Assembly (NCBI GenBank): GCA_020635695.1
Contig: JACJZH010000005.1
Span: 102,708 to 166,707 of the forward strand
DNA from: Flavobacteriales bacterium
GTDB lineage: Bacteria > Bacteroidota > Bacteroidia > Flavobacteriales_F > PHOS-HE28
Direction: 5' to 3'
Length of the DNA: 64,000 nucleotides
The notes beneath the pieces were generated by a model. The model made no database searches. It saw only the letters and a list, made by a program, of their open reading frames with translations, and was not told the origin of the DNA. Of this stretch, positions 38,501 to 47,749 are shown piece by piece (the stretch's first letter is position 1; the number at the start of each line of letters is the position of its first letter). The position numbers and the translations under genes are program-made.

Positions 38501-38912
38501 TCCGTTGGGCGATGCTGGCCTCGATCAGCTCGCGCCGCCCCGGGTGTGCGCCGGCCTGCTCGCGAAGCTGCAACGTGTTCAGCAGCTTGTCCTTCACCTC
38601 GCCGAAATGCGTCCCGATGATGCGGGCCGCCTGGGCATGGGAGATCACCGGCCCCAGGCGGAAGAGCTTGACGAGCGGACCTGCGACGAAGCGCACCAAC
38701 ACCGTTCCCGCAGCGATCAGGAAGCCCCAGAACAATACGGTGCGGGCCAGGCTGTTGAAGCGTCCGAAGTGCTCCAGGAGGGCCACCACGAGGAAGGCGC
38801 CGGCGAGGAGCCCAACGGCGTACAGGCCACCCCGGATCAGCCGGTCCTTGTAATAGCGCCGGATGAACGCATCCAGCTTGGCGATCAAAAGCTCGTAGTC
38901 GGTGCGCATCAC
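35523..38912 (-). CDS. Large membrane protein (DUF4175-like) with N-terminal TM helices and very long Glu/Gln-rich coiled-coil region
   Basis: It is 1,129 aa long. Two to four N-terminal TM segments are present. A central region of about 450 aa is low-complexity E/Q/K coiled coil. A Gly/Lys-rich segment is also present. Confidence 0.7.
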   Translation of the reverse strand: MMRTDYELLIAKLDAFIRRYYKDRLIRGGLYAVGLLAGAFLVVALLEHFGRFNSLARTVLFWGFLIAAGTVLVRFVAGPLVKLFRLGPVISHAQAARIIGTHFGEVKDKLLNTLQLREQAGAHPGRRELIEASIAQRSRELGPVPFAQAIDLRRNTRYLRYALPPLLVLAVLLLAAPSLIKEPTRRLMAHGTEFVPEAPFRFLVNDTLEVPEQEDFELEVDLRGQVLPQQVELLVGDRRIPLVRQNAARFTHRFRNVQAPISFQLTAGGFLSEEFVLNTLPNPTLLDFALDLAYPAYLGMAAEQVRNTGDVTVPAGTRITWTVNTRSADRLLLAFDDSTYALDDRGDGRFTAERRLLQARNYRMTPAIGDRRSERSLPYRIDVVPDLYPTIDVEERTDSLAPKRLVFSGRIGDDHGFRRLEFHYRVAAGGDSLAADQREGVMPLGLEPKATRQVFYHDWDLSALDLMPGDRLEHWFEVWDNDGVNGSKSARTSVRVFAAPSLRELAERQEQDADRIKEALQEGIREAQELQRDLDRIRREMLDKKELDWQDKQRLENTLQRQQDLQQRIEQTTEQLRQSQQFQQEFQPMNEELLQKQEQLQELFENVLTEEMKELYRQMEELLEKLDKEALEERMEEMKLSQEDIEKELDRSLELFKQLEVEQQAEDIAEQLEELAEEQKDLSEESDKGDKSAEQLAEEQAELDRKFDEVQEQLDELEKKNSELENPLELPDTEPQEEAIDQQQQQSQEQLKQDEKKKAGESQKKAGEQMEQLAFQMRSSMQNSEQEQQEEDMDALRQLLENIVQLSFDQERVMDDLSATKPKDPRYVEVGRDQKKLRDDARVVEDSLFALSKRIPQLQSVVNREMNAVNENMDQAVALISDSRGNERQKPVAAERQQRAMTSLNNLALLLDEALQQMMQQMAQQMPGSGSCNKPGGTGSGQGKKPSMAKMKAMQEALNKQLEEMRKGQQKGNKPGEKNEGSQGMPGMSRQLAQMAAQQAAIRKELQRMAQEMNKDGSGSGNPLNKLAQEMEEVEKDIVNRRIDQETQKRQKDILVRLLEAEKAERERELDQQRTSNEGRETPHEDPARYFEYQQRKQRETELLRTVPPGLKPYYRQRVNDYFGTFDRP

Positions 38913-39052
38913 GCCATCCCTTCCAACGTCCCGGACAACCGGGAATTGTTCCGAAAGTTAAGGCGGAACAAGGCCCTCGACCTTGGAGCCGCGGCGACCG
39001 AGGGGCATTCGGCAGGGGATCTGATGCATGGTGAGGCGATACCTTGTGGCCG

Positions 39053-40036
39053 ATGAACGTTCCTACTCTTTTTTTCCGGCACCTTTCGGTACTTCTGTTG
39101 ATTCTTGTCCCGCCGGCCCTGGCGGTCGCTCAGAAGACCTTGTCGGAGTTGTCCTTGGATAAGCGGGTACTGCTGATCCAGGACCGGGTGGAGCTCCTGG
39201 TGCCGGACAGCATGATGGCCGACCCCGGGGCCGCGGGTGAACGGGAGGCCCGCATGGAACTCCACACGCCTCACGGTGGTCTTGTGCTGCGCGTTCAGGA
39301 CCTGCGCGAACTGGGCACGGACGACCTGTTGCGTGACTGGCGCATGGTGTTGGACCCGGCCAAGGAGGGCGCCTATACGCTGGAGCGTTTGCCCAGGAGA
39401 CGTGACCTGGACCGCATCCGGTATCAGGAGGCGGAGCGTGGCACCGGCAGTGATGGGATCTTTCTGCAAGGCTTGCTGGTGCGCCTTCCGGATGATGGAC
39501 TGGTACGCCTGGATGCCTTCGTGGACGCCAGGGCCAGGGGGCACCTGAGCGCGTTCGATTCCCTGGTGGTGCGGATCTTCACGAGCGTGGTCGCCGGCCC
39601 CGGCCGCATGGTCCGAGAAGAACACGAGGAACGACTTGCCCTGTGCGAGGGCACCCTGGTGACGGTGCTTCTCCCGCCGGACCATGTGGTGACCACGGAA
39701 CGCCGGAAGGACCTGCAGGTGCATCTGGTGGACCGGCTGATGCCGCTCCTGTCCACATCCAGGCCGCAGGTGATCCTGAGCTGTGGCCCTGCTCCCACAC
39801 CGCTGTCCAGGGAACTGGATCTCGGGACCGGCACGCGGAGCTCCCGGCCAGGAACCTTTCTGGGCCAGGAGGTGATCTGGGACCACTACAGGGACCCTGA
39901 TGGAGGGCTGCAACTGCTGGAGTTCATGACCGGACCCGCCCAGGACCGCATCCATGTGGCCCTTCTCGGAACCACCGACCAGGACATGGAGGACCTGCTG
40001 CGGATAGCGTCTTCCATCGAGCCGGTATCCCCCTGA
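39053..40036 (+). CDS. Hypothetical secreted protein
   Basis: A signal peptide MNVPTLFFRHLSVLLLILVPPALAVAQ is present. There are no recognisable motifs. The competing antisense ORF 38909..40255 has junk-like composition and overlaps the gltX start. Confidence 0.45.
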   Translation: MNVPTLFFRHLSVLLLILVPPALAVAQKTLSELSLDKRVLLIQDRVELLVPDSMMADPGAAGEREARMELHTPHGGLVLRVQDLRELGTDDLLRDWRMVLDPAKEGAYTLERLPRRRDLDRIRYQEAERGTGSDGIFLQGLLVRLPDDGLVRLDAFVDARARGHLSAFDSLVVRIFTSVVAGPGRMVREEHEERLALCEGTLVTVLLPPDHVVTTERRKDLQVHLVDRLMPLLSTSRPQVILSCGPAPTPLSRELDLGTGTRSSRPGTFLGQEVIWDHYRDPDGGLQLLEFMTGPAQDRIHVALLGTTDQDMEDLLRIASSIEPVSP

Positions 40037-40085
40037 GGGGCGGATGCGATCGGGTAACTTCGCGCCCCGTTCAGAACACCCGAAC

Positions 40086-41615
40086 ATGAGCGTCCGCGTC
40101 CGTTTCGCACCCAGCCCCACCGGCCCGCTGCACATGGGCGGGGTGCGCACCGCCCTGTACAACCATCTGCTGGCCCGTAAGGCGGGGGGCACCTTCATCC
40201 TGCGGATCGAGGACACGGACCAGACACGGTACGTTCCCGGGGCCGAGGAGTACATCCGCGAGGCGCTGGACTGGTGTGGCCTCAGCCCCGACGAGAGTCC
40301 CTGGAAGGGCGGGCCGCACGGGCCCTACCGGCAAAGCGAACGCAAGGACCTGTACAGCGGCTACGTGGACCAGCTGATCGAGGCGGACAAGGCGTACTAC
40401 GCCTTCGACACCCCCGAGGAACTGGATGCCATGCGCGAACGGCTGAAGGCAGCAGGAGTGGCCGCACCCGCTTACAACGCGGTGACCCGTGAACACATGC
40501 GCAACAGCCTGAGCCTGCCGGCGGACGAGGTGAAGGCCCGGTTGGCGAACGGAGAACCCTATGTGGTGCGGCTGAAAGTGCCCCGCCATGAGGAGGTACG
40601 CTTCGAGGACCGCATCCGGGGATGGGTGGTGGTGCAGAGCAGCCACATCGACGACAAGGTGCTGTTCAAGAGCGACGGCATGCCCACCTACCACCTGGCC
40701 AACATCGTGGACGACCACCTGATGGCGATCACGCACGTGGTGCGGGGCGAGGAGTGGCTGCCCAGTGCCCCCCTGCACGTGCTGTTGTACCAGGCCTTCG
40801 GCTGGGAACGGCCGGAGTTCGCCCACCTGCCGCTGATCTTGAAGCCCGACGGCAACGGGAAACTGAGCAAGCGCGATGGCGATCGCCTCGGGTTCCCGGT
40901 CTTCCCGTTGGACTGGACCGACCCGGCCTCGGGTGAACGCAGCAGCGGCTACCGGGAGCGGGGTTACTATCCGGAGGCCTTCGTGAACATGCTGGCCCTG
41001 CTGGGCTGGAACCCCGGCACCGAACAGGAACTGTTCAGCCTGGACGAATTGGTGGACACCTTCTCGCTGGACCGGGTGAACAAGAGCGGGGCCCGGTTCG
41101 ATCCGGAGAAGACCCGTTGGTTCAACCAGCAGTACCTGCGCCAGCGTCCGGACGCCGAGCTGGGCGAGGCGCTTCGTGGGAAGCTCGCTGACCGGGGCAT
41201 CGACGTACCAGCGGAGCGGGCGGCCAAGGCCGCGAACCTGCTGAAGGAACGCGCCACCTTCGTGAACGACATGCTCGAGGGCATGTACCTCTTCACCAGC
41301 GGAAGCCCACTGACCGCCGACCACGACCCCGAGCTGAGGAAGCGTTGGAGCGAGGAAGGAGGTGCCGTGCTGGACGCCTTCGTGGAGGCCCTGCCCTCGG
41401 TGGACCCCTTCACCGCCTCAGGCATCGAGACCGCGTTCAAGTCCGTGATGGACCGGACGGGGGCCAAGATGGGGAAGGTGATGCCGCTTTACCGGCTCTT
41501 CGTGGCGGGTGCCATGCAGGGCCCCGGCATGTTCGAAGTGAGCGAGCTGCTTGGGCGGGACGAGGTGGTGCTGCGGCTGCGTGCGGGACTGGAACACTGC
41601 CGGTCATGGGCTTGA
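40086..41615 (+). CDS. gltX: Glutamate--tRNA ligase
   Basis: The class I HIGH motif is RFAPSPTGPLHMGGVRTAL. The KMSKS-like motif is KLSKR. Confidence 0.9.
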   Translation: MSVRVRFAPSPTGPLHMGGVRTALYNHLLARKAGGTFILRIEDTDQTRYVPGAEEYIREALDWCGLSPDESPWKGGPHGPYRQSERKDLYSGYVDQLIEADKAYYAFDTPEELDAMRERLKAAGVAAPAYNAVTREHMRNSLSLPADEVKARLANGEPYVVRLKVPRHEEVRFEDRIRGWVVVQSSHIDDKVLFKSDGMPTYHLANIVDDHLMAITHVVRGEEWLPSAPLHVLLYQAFGWERPEFAHLPLILKPDGNGKLSKRDGDRLGFPVFPLDWTDPASGERSSGYRERGYYPEAFVNMLALLGWNPGTEQELFSLDELVDTFSLDRVNKSGARFDPEKTRWFNQQYLRQRPDAELGEALRGKLADRGIDVPAERAAKAANLLKERATFVNDMLEGMYLFTSGSPLTADHDPELRKRWSEEGGAVLDAFVEALPSVDPFTASGIETAFKSVMDRTGAKMGKVMPLYRLFVAGAMQGPGMFEVSELLGRDEVVLRLRAGLEHCRSWA

Positions 41616-41956
41616 TCCGTGTGAACGGCATCCGGGTCTTTGCCTACCACGGCTGCCTGGCCGAGGAAGGCCGGATCGGCGGCCAGTTCCAGGTGGACGT
41701 GAGCGTGCTGGGAGACTTCTCCAACGCGGAGGCCTCGGACAGCCTGCAGGAGACCGTGGATTACGGCCGGGTGACCGCCATCGTGAAGGAACAGATGGCC
41801 ATCCGCGCCAACCTGATCGAACACGTGGCCAGGCGCATCCTGGACGCGCTGAAGGCCGAGTGGCCCGGAGAGCTGGCCTGGCAGGTGCGTCTGGTGAAGG
41901 AGCATCCTCCCGTGGCCGGTGCGGTGGACCATGTGGTCTACGAACTGGAAGGCTGA
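41606..41956 (+). CDS. folB: Dihydroneopterin aldolase
   Basis: MGLIRVNGIRVFAYHGCLAEE..GQ.F.VDV matches FolB. It overlaps the gltX stop by 10 nt. Confidence 0.8.
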   Translation: MGLIRVNGIRVFAYHGCLAEEGRIGGQFQVDVSVLGDFSNAEASDSLQETVDYGRVTAIVKEQMAIRANLIEHVARRILDALKAEWPGELAWQVRLVKEHPPVAGAVDHVVYELEG

Positions 41957-41987
41957 ACACCGGTACTGTATATTCGCGGTCCTTTCC

Positions 41988-42058
41988 GGTCACGTGGCCG
42001 AGTGGCTAGGCAGAGGTCTGCAAAACCTCGTACAGCGGTTCGACTCCGCTCGTGACCT
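41988..42058 (+). tRNA. tRNA-Cys (anticodon GCA)
   Basis: The acceptor stem pairs GGTCACG with CGTGACC. The anticodon stem-loop is GAGGT-CTGCAAA-ACCTC. The T-arm is GCGGTTCGACTCCGC. Confidence 0.85.
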
Positions 42059-42065
42059 CCGAAGA

Positions 42066-42090
42066 AGTCCCCTTGATCGGGGACTTTTTC
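42066..42090 (+). terminator. Rho-independent terminator after tRNA-Cys
   Basis: Hairpin AGTCCCC-TTGATC-GGGGACT is followed by TTTTC. Confidence 0.7.
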
Positions 42091-42152
42091 ATTGGAGGGC
42101 GATCTTTGCCCATACCGATCGGCGCCCTCGTGCGTTAGCAACCCGTTCCGCC

Positions 42153-44507
42153 ATGCGAGCCCCACTCATCCACCTGCTCTGCCTCCTGTGCGTGATGGCG
42201 CATCTCCAGGCCTCCGGGCAGGTGGCCATCGGGGAGTGGCAGGACCATTTTCCCTACCGTGACCTGGTGGACGTGGAGGTCTCCGGGTCATCGATCCATG
42301 GGGCCACCAGTACGGCGGTCTACCGCTATGGGCGGAACACCGGGGAGATCGAACGCTTCACCAAGGTGAATGCCCTGAGCGACGTGGGGATCAGCACGGT
42401 GCGTTGGGTCGCTGACCGGCAGTTGCTGTTGATCGGCTATGGGAACGGCAACCTGGACCTGCTGACCGGCACGTCCGTGATCAATCTCCCGGACATCAAG
42501 CGGAGCAACATCCTCGGTGACAAGGGGGTCTATTCCATCGAGGAGAAGAACGGCCGCGCCTACCTCTGCTGTGGCTTCGGCGTGGTGGTGGTGGACCTGG
42601 ACGCCGTGGAGGTGGAGGAGACCTGGTTGATCGGCCCCGCAGGGTCACAGCTGCAGGCCAATGGATTGGCGTTCTTCCAGGACTCCATCCATGTGGCCAC
42701 CGAGGATGGGTTGTTCAGTGCCTTTGAACAGGCACCGAACCTGGCCTCCTTCGAGAACTGGCGTCGTCGTTCGGACGTCCCTTCCTCCACCAACGCCATC
42801 ACCAACATCCTGGTCTTCGGCGACACGCTGCTGATCAGCCGGGTGTCGGCATCGGAGCAGGACACCGTGTTCGCTTTGGTGGCGGGGCAGTGGACCGCGA
42901 TCCCCACGCTTTCAGGGAACCCCGTTCGTTCCTTGTCGGCGGACGGACATCAGGCACTGGCCGTCTGCTTTCCCGGCTGGGTCCGCTGGTTCGATGCCAG
43001 CTTCGCCGAGATCGGGGCCCTGTATGACCTGCAGGGGGTCTCCATGAACACCAGGAAGGCCGACATCGGGCCGGGCAACGAGGTCTTCATCGCCACCGGC
43101 GACCTGGGCCTGATCGCTCCGGTCGGGAGCTCGCAGTTCTCGAGGATCGAACCCAACGGGCCAACCACCACGAACAACGTGCGCCTGGATGCCGCTGGAG
43201 GCGCGGTCTACGTGGCCACGGGAGGTGTGGAGGGGAACTACACGAACAAGTTCCTGAAGGATGGTGTGCATCATCTCCAGAACGGGGAGTGGCGTACGAC
43301 CGACAGGTCGAACAATGCCTTGATGGCGACCGGGGCCAACACCTTCGGTGGGGCCGTGAACGACATCCTGGACGTGGTGGTGGACCCCGACGACCCGGAC
43401 CATGCCTTTGCCGCCAGCTGGGATGATGGGCTGCTCGAGTTCCGTGACCGTGATCTGGTGGCCATCTACAATCCCGATAACTCCACGCTGCAGATCAATG
43501 GTGGACTGGGCGCCGAGAACAAGGTCGAATTGGGCGGGCTCGCCTTCGATGCAGAGGGCAACCTGTGGATGACGAACAGCAATTGCGCCGCGCCGATCGC
43601 AGTGAGGACGCCCACCGGAAGCTGGAGGAGCTTTGCGCCGGGGGCCGTGTTGAACAACAACTCGCTCATGCGGGACATCCTTCCGGCCACCAATGGCCTG
43701 AAATGGATCATCCGTCCTCGAAGCCAGGGCATGCTGGTGTTCAACGACAACGGCACGCTCAGCAACACCTCCGACGATCAGTACAAGGCCCTCACGACCT
43801 TCGAGGGCAGCGGCGGGCTTCCCTCGCTTGACGTATTGTCCATGGCCGAGGACCTGGATGGCGAGATCTGGGTGGGGACCGGCAGGGGGGTGGCCGTGTT
43901 CTATAACCCGGACGCCGTGTTCTCCGGAGGCGACTTCGATGCCCAGCAGATCCTGATCGAACAGGACGGCAACATCCAGGTGCTGTTGGAGACCGAGGCG
44001 GTGAGCGCGATCGCCGTGGATGGCGCCAACCGCAAATGGCTCGGAACACAGTCGTCCGGGGTGTTCCTGGTCTCCCCTGACGGCACCGAACAGGTGCTCC
44101 ATTTCACCGTGGAGAACAGCCCGCTGCCGAGCAACACGATCACCGACCTGGCCATCGATGGGGAGAGCGGAGAGGTGTTCATCGGCACGGAGCAGGGCAT
44201 CCTGAGCTACCGGAGCGATGCCTCGGCCGGCCTGGTGGAGGCCAGCTGTGCCACGGTGTTCCCCAATCCGGTCGACCGCACCTACGACGGCCCCATCACC
44301 ATCACCGGCATGATGCGTGACAGCGACGTGCGCATCACCGACATCAGCGGGAACCTGGTGTATCGTACCACCTCGCTCGGGGGACAGGCCATCTGGCCGG
44401 GCACCGACCTGCAGGGTCAGGAGGTGAGCACCGGGGTGTACCTGATCTTCGCCACCGACCCCACGGGCTCCTCCAAGTGCAACACCAAAGTGCTGGTGGT
44501 GCGCTGA
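42153..44507 (+). CDS. T9SS C-terminal-domain protein with beta-propeller (two-component-regulator-propeller-like) repeats; possibly PorZ-like
   Basis: A signal peptide MRAPLIHLLCLLCVMAHLQASGQ is present. Beta-propeller-type segments recur. The type-A T9SS CTD is ...TVFPNPVDRTYDGPITITGM...GVYLIFATDPTGSSKCNTKVLVVR. The PorZ assignment rests only on size and architecture. Confidence 0.6.
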   Translation: MRAPLIHLLCLLCVMAHLQASGQVAIGEWQDHFPYRDLVDVEVSGSSIHGATSTAVYRYGRNTGEIERFTKVNALSDVGISTVRWVADRQLLLIGYGNGNLDLLTGTSVINLPDIKRSNILGDKGVYSIEEKNGRAYLCCGFGVVVVDLDAVEVEETWLIGPAGSQLQANGLAFFQDSIHVATEDGLFSAFEQAPNLASFENWRRRSDVPSSTNAITNILVFGDTLLISRVSASEQDTVFALVAGQWTAIPTLSGNPVRSLSADGHQALAVCFPGWVRWFDASFAEIGALYDLQGVSMNTRKADIGPGNEVFIATGDLGLIAPVGSSQFSRIEPNGPTTTNNVRLDAAGGAVYVATGGVEGNYTNKFLKDGVHHLQNGEWRTTDRSNNALMATGANTFGGAVNDILDVVVDPDDPDHAFAASWDDGLLEFRDRDLVAIYNPDNSTLQINGGLGAENKVELGGLAFDAEGNLWMTNSNCAAPIAVRTPTGSWRSFAPGAVLNNNSLMRDILPATNGLKWIIRPRSQGMLVFNDNGTLSNTSDDQYKALTTFEGSGGLPSLDVLSMAEDLDGEIWVGTGRGVAVFYNPDAVFSGGDFDAQQILIEQDGNIQVLLETEAVSAIAVDGANRKWLGTQSSGVFLVSPDGTEQVLHFTVENSPLPSNTITDLAIDGESGEVFIGTEQGILSYRSDASAGLVEASCATVFPNPVDRTYDGPITITGMMRDSDVRITDISGNLVYRTTSLGGQAIWPGTDLQGQEVSTGVYLIFATDPTGSSKCNTKVLVVR

Positions 44508-44511
44508 CGCC

Positions 44512-45225
44512 ATGCTGCACCGCACCCGGGCCATCGTGCTGCGCACCATCGCCCATGGCGACCGCAGCCGGGTGATGCAGGCCTACACCCAGGAGTCCGG
44601 CCGACGGAGCTACTTCGCGCGTACCGGTCGCAAGGGAGGTGCCGCCGCGGCAGCGTTCCAGCCGCTGGCACGCGTGGAGCTCACCGCCCAAGGGGCTCCC
44701 GACCGGGATCTGCATCAGTTGCGCGAGATCCGGGTGGACCGCCCCTACCACCGGGTGCATGCCGATCCCGTGCGTGGCGGCGTGCTGCTCTTCCTGCAGG
44801 AGCTGCTCGTGCGGGTGCTGCGCGAGGAATCGCCGGACCCGGCCTTGTTCGCGTTCCTGGACGACGCGCTCACGGAACTGGACGAGGGTCCGGACCCGGT
44901 CCTGTTCCCACAGCTCTTTCTGGTGCAGCTCAGCCGCCATCTGGGCTTCTTTCCCGAGGCTCCCGATGGGGTGGAGGGGCGGTTCGACCTGAAGGAGGGC
45001 CGCTTCCTGAACACCGCCGAGCACAGCGGGCATGCCATGGACGAGGACGTGGGCAAGGCGCTGGCCTACCTGCTGGAGGTGCCGATCGGAGGTGCTTCGG
45101 ACATGGTGCTTCCCGGAGATCTGCGCCGCCGCCTGCTGGACCAGTTGCTGCTCTACTACCGCTTCCACGTGGAGGGCTTGGGCGAGTTGCGTTCGCCGGC
45201 CGTGCTGCACCAGGTCCTGCATTGA
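44512..45225 (+). CDS. recO: DNA repair protein RecO
   Basis: An N-terminal OB-like segment (RAIVLRTIAHGDRSRVM.AYT.E.G) and overall RecO-like length are present. Similarity is moderate. Confidence 0.7.
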   Translation: MLHRTRAIVLRTIAHGDRSRVMQAYTQESGRRSYFARTGRKGGAAAAAFQPLARVELTAQGAPDRDLHQLREIRVDRPYHRVHADPVRGGVLLFLQELLVRVLREESPDPALFAFLDDALTELDEGPDPVLFPQLFLVQLSRHLGFFPEAPDGVEGRFDLKEGRFLNTAEHSGHAMDEDVGKALAYLLEVPIGGASDMVLPGDLRRRLLDQLLLYYRFHVEGLGELRSPAVLHQVLH

Positions 45226-45266
45226 GGGCCGTTCATGCGGCCGTACTTTCGCCGGTCTCCGCGAAC

Positions 45267-47396
45267 ATGCGCGCACTCCCCTTCATCCTGATCCTGGCCG
45301 CCTGCCGGCCCGCGACCACCATGGAACGACCCGTACCCCCGCGTCCGGACAAGGAACCCCACCTGCTGAGCCTGCACGGCCACGACCGCACCGACCCGTA
45401 TTTCTGGATGCGCCTCAGCGAGGAGCAACGCGATGCCGATCCGCCCGATGCCCACACGCAACGCGTGATCGACCACCTGAACGCGGAGAATGCCTATGCC
45501 GAGGCCGTGCTGGCCCCGGTGAAGGACCTGCGCGACAGCCTCTATGCCGAGATGCGCGGACGGATCAAGGAGACCGATATGAGCGTGCCCTACCGCGAGA
45601 ACGGGTACTGGTACCACCACCGCTTCGAGGAAGGCAAGGAGTACGCCGTGCACGTGCGCCGCGAGGACCGGGAAGGTGCCCCGGAGGTCGACTTCCTGGA
45701 CGAGAACAAGCTTTCCGAGGGCCATGCCTACTTCGATCTGGCCGACTTTGAAGTGAGCCCCGGCAACGGACTGGTGTGCTACAGCGTGGACACCGTGGGC
45801 CGCCGTGTCTACGAGTTGCGCTTCCTGGACCTGCGCACGGGGGAGGAGCTGTCCGACCGAATCCCCCGGACCGCGGGTGGCTGCGCCTGGGCGGACGACC
45901 GCACCGTGTTCTACACCATCAAGGACCACACCCTGCGCTCCTACAAGGTGTTCCGCCACGTGTTGGGCACCGATGCCGCCGACGATGTGGAGGTGTACCA
46001 CGAGCGCGACGAGGCCTACAGCTGCGACGTGTACCGCAGCCGCTCGGACCGCTACGTGATCATCGATACGGAGAGCACGCTCACCAGCGAGTACTGGTTG
46101 CTGCCCACGGACGAGCCGCTCGGGGAGTTCCGGGTCTTCCTCCCGCGCGAGGATGGCCATGAGCACAGCATCTACCACCACCCCGGCGGCTTCTACATCC
46201 TCACCAACTGGCAGGCCCGCAATTTCCGCCTGATGGCCTGTGGCGAGGAGGACAGCAACGACCGGTCGAAGTGGCTGGAGGTCGTGCCGCATCGCGAGGA
46301 CGTGCGCCTGGAGGACGTGGACCTGTTCCGCGATCACCTTGTGTTGAGCGAGCGTCGTGAGGGCCTTACGCACATCCGTATCCGCCGCCTGAGCGACGGG
46401 AAGGAGCATGAGATCGGCTTCAAGGACCCCGCCTACGTGACCTGGACAGGAACCAATCCCGAGTGGGACACCCACGAGTTGCGCTACGGTTACACTTCCT
46501 TCACCACGCCGCAGAGCGTGTACCTGCACGACATGAACGCCGGCACCGACACCCTCCTGAAGCAGCAGGAGGTGCTGGGCGACTTCGATGCCGGCAACTA
46601 CACCAGCGAGCGCACCTGGGCCACCGCGCCGGACGGCACCCGCGTACCGATCTCCGTGGTGCACCGCCGCGACGTGGCCCTGGATGGCAAGGCCCCGCTG
46701 TTGCTGTACGGCTATGGCTCCTACGGCATCAGCATGGAACCCACCTTCAGCATCGCGCGGTTGAGCCTCTTGGACCGTGGCTTCGTGTTCGCGCTGGCGC
46801 ACATCCGGGGCGGCGAGGACCTGGGCCGTGCGTGGTATGAGGAGGGGCGCATGGAGCATAAGATGAACACCTTCACCGACTTCATCGCGTGTGGGGAGCA
46901 CTTGATCAGGGAGCGTTACGCCGACCCGGACCGCCTGATGTGCATGGGCGGGAGCGCCGGTGGTCTGTTGGTGGGTGCGGTGCTGAACCTGCGTCCCGAC
47001 CTGTGGCGCGCCGCGGTGGCCGAGGTGCCTTTCGTGGATGTGGTGACCACGATGCTCGACGACAGCATTCCCCTGACCACGGGCGAGTTCGACGAATGGG
47101 GCGACCCCAAGGAGAAGGAGGCGTACTTCCGCATGATGTCCTATTCACCCTATGACAACGTGCACGACGTGTCCTACCCGGCGTTGCTGGTCACCACGGG
47201 TTTCCACGACAGCCAGGTGCAGTATTGGGAGCCGGCCAAGTGGGTGGCGCGCCTGCGCGATCACCAGCAGGGTGATGCGCCCATCGTGCTGCACACGAAC
47301 ATGGAGGCCGGGCACGGCGGGGCCTCGGGACGGTTCGAGCGGTTGAAGGAGATCGCGCTGGACTTCGCCTTCCTGATCGGCGAGGCGCGCAACTGA
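45267..47396 (+). CDS. S9A-family prolyl oligopeptidase / oligopeptidase B
   Basis: The N-terminal beta-propeller region begins DPYFWMRL....NAYA. The C-terminal catalytic domain carries GGSAGGLLVGAV. An Asp/His dyad follows downstream. Confidence 0.85.
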   Translation: MRALPFILILAACRPATTMERPVPPRPDKEPHLLSLHGHDRTDPYFWMRLSEEQRDADPPDAHTQRVIDHLNAENAYAEAVLAPVKDLRDSLYAEMRGRIKETDMSVPYRENGYWYHHRFEEGKEYAVHVRREDREGAPEVDFLDENKLSEGHAYFDLADFEVSPGNGLVCYSVDTVGRRVYELRFLDLRTGEELSDRIPRTAGGCAWADDRTVFYTIKDHTLRSYKVFRHVLGTDAADDVEVYHERDEAYSCDVYRSRSDRYVIIDTESTLTSEYWLLPTDEPLGEFRVFLPREDGHEHSIYHHPGGFYILTNWQARNFRLMACGEEDSNDRSKWLEVVPHREDVRLEDVDLFRDHLVLSERREGLTHIRIRRLSDGKEHEIGFKDPAYVTWTGTNPEWDTHELRYGYTSFTTPQSVYLHDMNAGTDTLLKQQEVLGDFDAGNYTSERTWATAPDGTRVPISVVHRRDVALDGKAPLLLYGYGSYGISMEPTFSIARLSLLDRGFVFALAHIRGGEDLGRAWYEEGRMEHKMNTFTDFIACGEHLIRERYADPDRLMCMGGSAGGLLVGAVLNLRPDLWRAAVAEVPFVDVVTTMLDDSIPLTTGEFDEWGDPKEKEAYFRMMSYSPYDNVHDVSYPALLVTTGFHDSQVQYWEPAKWVARLRDHQQGDAPIVLHTNMEAGHGGASGRFERLKEIALDFAFLIGEARN

Positions 47397-47627
47397 TCAG
47401 CTGGCGATGCTCTCCGCGGCCATGATCTCGTCCGGCTGCAGGGGCACCACTTCCAAGGGCTGGCCGGGGTCGCTCTGGAAGCGCTCGTAGTCGCGTACAC
47501 TGGCGAAGAAGAGCCGAGTGCTGCCTCCGTGGTCCACTTCCCATACCACGCCGAACACCTCCTTGCCACTGCGCAGCTTGAAGCGGCAGTGCTGGTTGTA
47601 GAAGCGACGGATGTGGGTGAGCTCCAT
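47397..47627 (-). CDS. Small hypothetical protein (76 aa)
   Basis: MELTHIRRFYNQHCRFKLRSGKEVFGVVWEV... reads cleanly and has an ATG start. It forms the C-terminal part of the longer track ORF 47397..48560, whose upstream part is junk-like. Confidence 0.4.
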   Translation of the reverse strand: MELTHIRRFYNQHCRFKLRSGKEVFGVVWEVDHGGSTRLFFASVRDYERFQSDPGQPLEVVPLQPDEIMAAESIAS

Positions 47628-47749
47628 GCGGTGGGAAGCGACTCCGAAAAGTAGTGGGCAGGACCCGTGAAAGGCCAGCAGACTTTTCAACAGAACGCCC
47701 GTTCCGCGGTGGATAGTGCGGTGTCCGGAACCGGCGACCGGCCTGATGC

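Noticed and set aside
36141-40255. ORFs 36141..37784 (+), 37839..39056 (+) and 38909..40255 (-)
   Set aside because: The first two are antisense to the DUF4175-like gene; their Leu/Gln-rich text is the complement of its Glu/Gln coiled-coil codons. The third overlaps the gltX start and competes with a plus-strand ORF that has a clean signal peptide.
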